Assembly: GCA_002256025.1 (NCBI GenBank)
Contig: NKIB01014054.1
Span: forward strand, 1 to 47,999
DNA length: 47,999 nt
Source: Asterionella formosa
Lineage: Eukaryota
Reading direction: 5' to 3'
Positions 46,836 to 47,999 of this stretch are shown piece by piece (within the stretch, counting starts at the first letter, position 1; the number at the start of each line of letters is the position of its first letter). Below the pieces are notes generated by a model, which worked only from the letters and a program-made list of their open reading frames with translations, made no database searches and was not told where the DNA came from. The position numbers and the translations under genes were made by a program.

Positions 46836-47999
46836 AAAGTATCATGCATATAGGATCAAGGGTATTGTACGCTAAGTGGCACAGGATTTTCGTATCGATG
46901 ATAATTTTTGGATCAAAAATATGATCAAGGTAACTTGTAACTATGATGATTTATTAATACTTTACCAACCTTGAAGTATAATGATAAGAAGTATAATGAT
47001 AATAAGAACATTAATCATCACACAATGTATATAAATTGATCAACAACATTTCTCATCAATATCATTAACCTTCTCATATTATTTTCACTTCTCGTGATTG
47101 CCTGATGTAAATTATAACTACAACGTATCCTAAAACCAGCTCAATTCTATGCTATCATGTGAATTGTTTGTTTCATCGTAAATCTATCGTAAACATGATC
47201 ATAATTCTAATCACAAGCATTGTTCAAAATTGATTGAAATGGATCGTAATTTAACTATCAAATTAAACAATGCTATCTATTAATCCACATGCCAGCGACC
47301 CAACGTTTCTCACTCTACTCGGCTCAATGTATATTGTTCCTGTCTCGCCAATTTCTTCCTCTTTTCTGAATCTTGTGCCAAGCACTGCCTTACTAATGTT
47401 GTGTCTCTCTCCCTGCTGTTAGTGTCATTGTGAACTCGCCGGCTATTCCGTTTGATCGGTTTTATTTTCCTATGCATGCAGTTACAGTATCAATGAGAAG
47501 GAATGATTTGTTAGCTAGTCATGTTACATTGACACAAGAACACGCAATTCCATCGTATCCGCTTGCTTCATTTACCACAAATCAATGCAACTGATGCAAA
47601 AGTCTGTAATAGTAACTTTTCAGTAAATTCTTGAATAAGTAAGTTTCGGGTATCCAATGTTGTGGAATAAAACTTACCAGATCATTTTTGTCATCTTAAC
47701 TTCGAGAGAAGGTAAAGCCACAATGTTTTTCGTTATGTATTGCGTAAACTTTCTTTTCTTGTCATGTGCTTTACTACGACGTATCTTTTCATGAAGCAGC
47801 AGGCATTGTTTGTTAACATGACAGAACGATTCAAAAATATATATGCCATGAATATAGTAACAAAAATTGTAAATATATATATATATAGCATTGGACATTT
47901 ATAAAATTCAAAGGCGCTCTCGATATGGAACATCTGATATGGTTGAGATGGCCATACTTGCATATACATAATTCGAAAATACTCAATGCACTACATGTC

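Noticed and set aside
46860..47999. Possible element end (GGGTATTGTACGCTAAGTGGCAC) and spliced minus-strand gene fragments at the window edge
   Set aside because: ORFs are short and unrecognisable, and the structure runs off the window.

Overview
Eukaryotic, very likely diatom (stramenopile), nuclear DNA. The left ~18.5 kb is a compact block of intact host genes: a DnaJ co-chaperone with a signal-peptide-like leader, a Methyltransf_32-type methyltransferase, URB1/Npa1, LEO1 and EAPP. It also holds a decayed pogo-like transposon and an intronic C/D-box snoRNA in an apparently non-coding host gene. From ~18.5 kb onward the window is mostly decayed transposons. A 2.64-kb Kolobok element (perfect 23-bp TIRs, TTAA TSD, KolX-like ORF plus transposase remnants) sits inside a TA-flanked 25-bp-TIR element that carries an orphan ORF. 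That element lies next to a CryptonS-like tyrosine recombinase gene. Also present are a second, Ndc10/CryptonF-like recombinase pseudogene, two Ty1/copia remnants with 3' LTRs, a piggyBac fragment, a PAP2 pseudogene and an intact secreted His/Met-repeat protein. The most notable unexplained structures are an ~85-bp palindromic module next to both recombinase genes, about 17 copies of TACCGGTA (candidate excision footprints) and a duplicated multi-hairpin unit ending in telomere-like CCCTAA. Family assignments rest on motif recognition by eye; no database searches were run.
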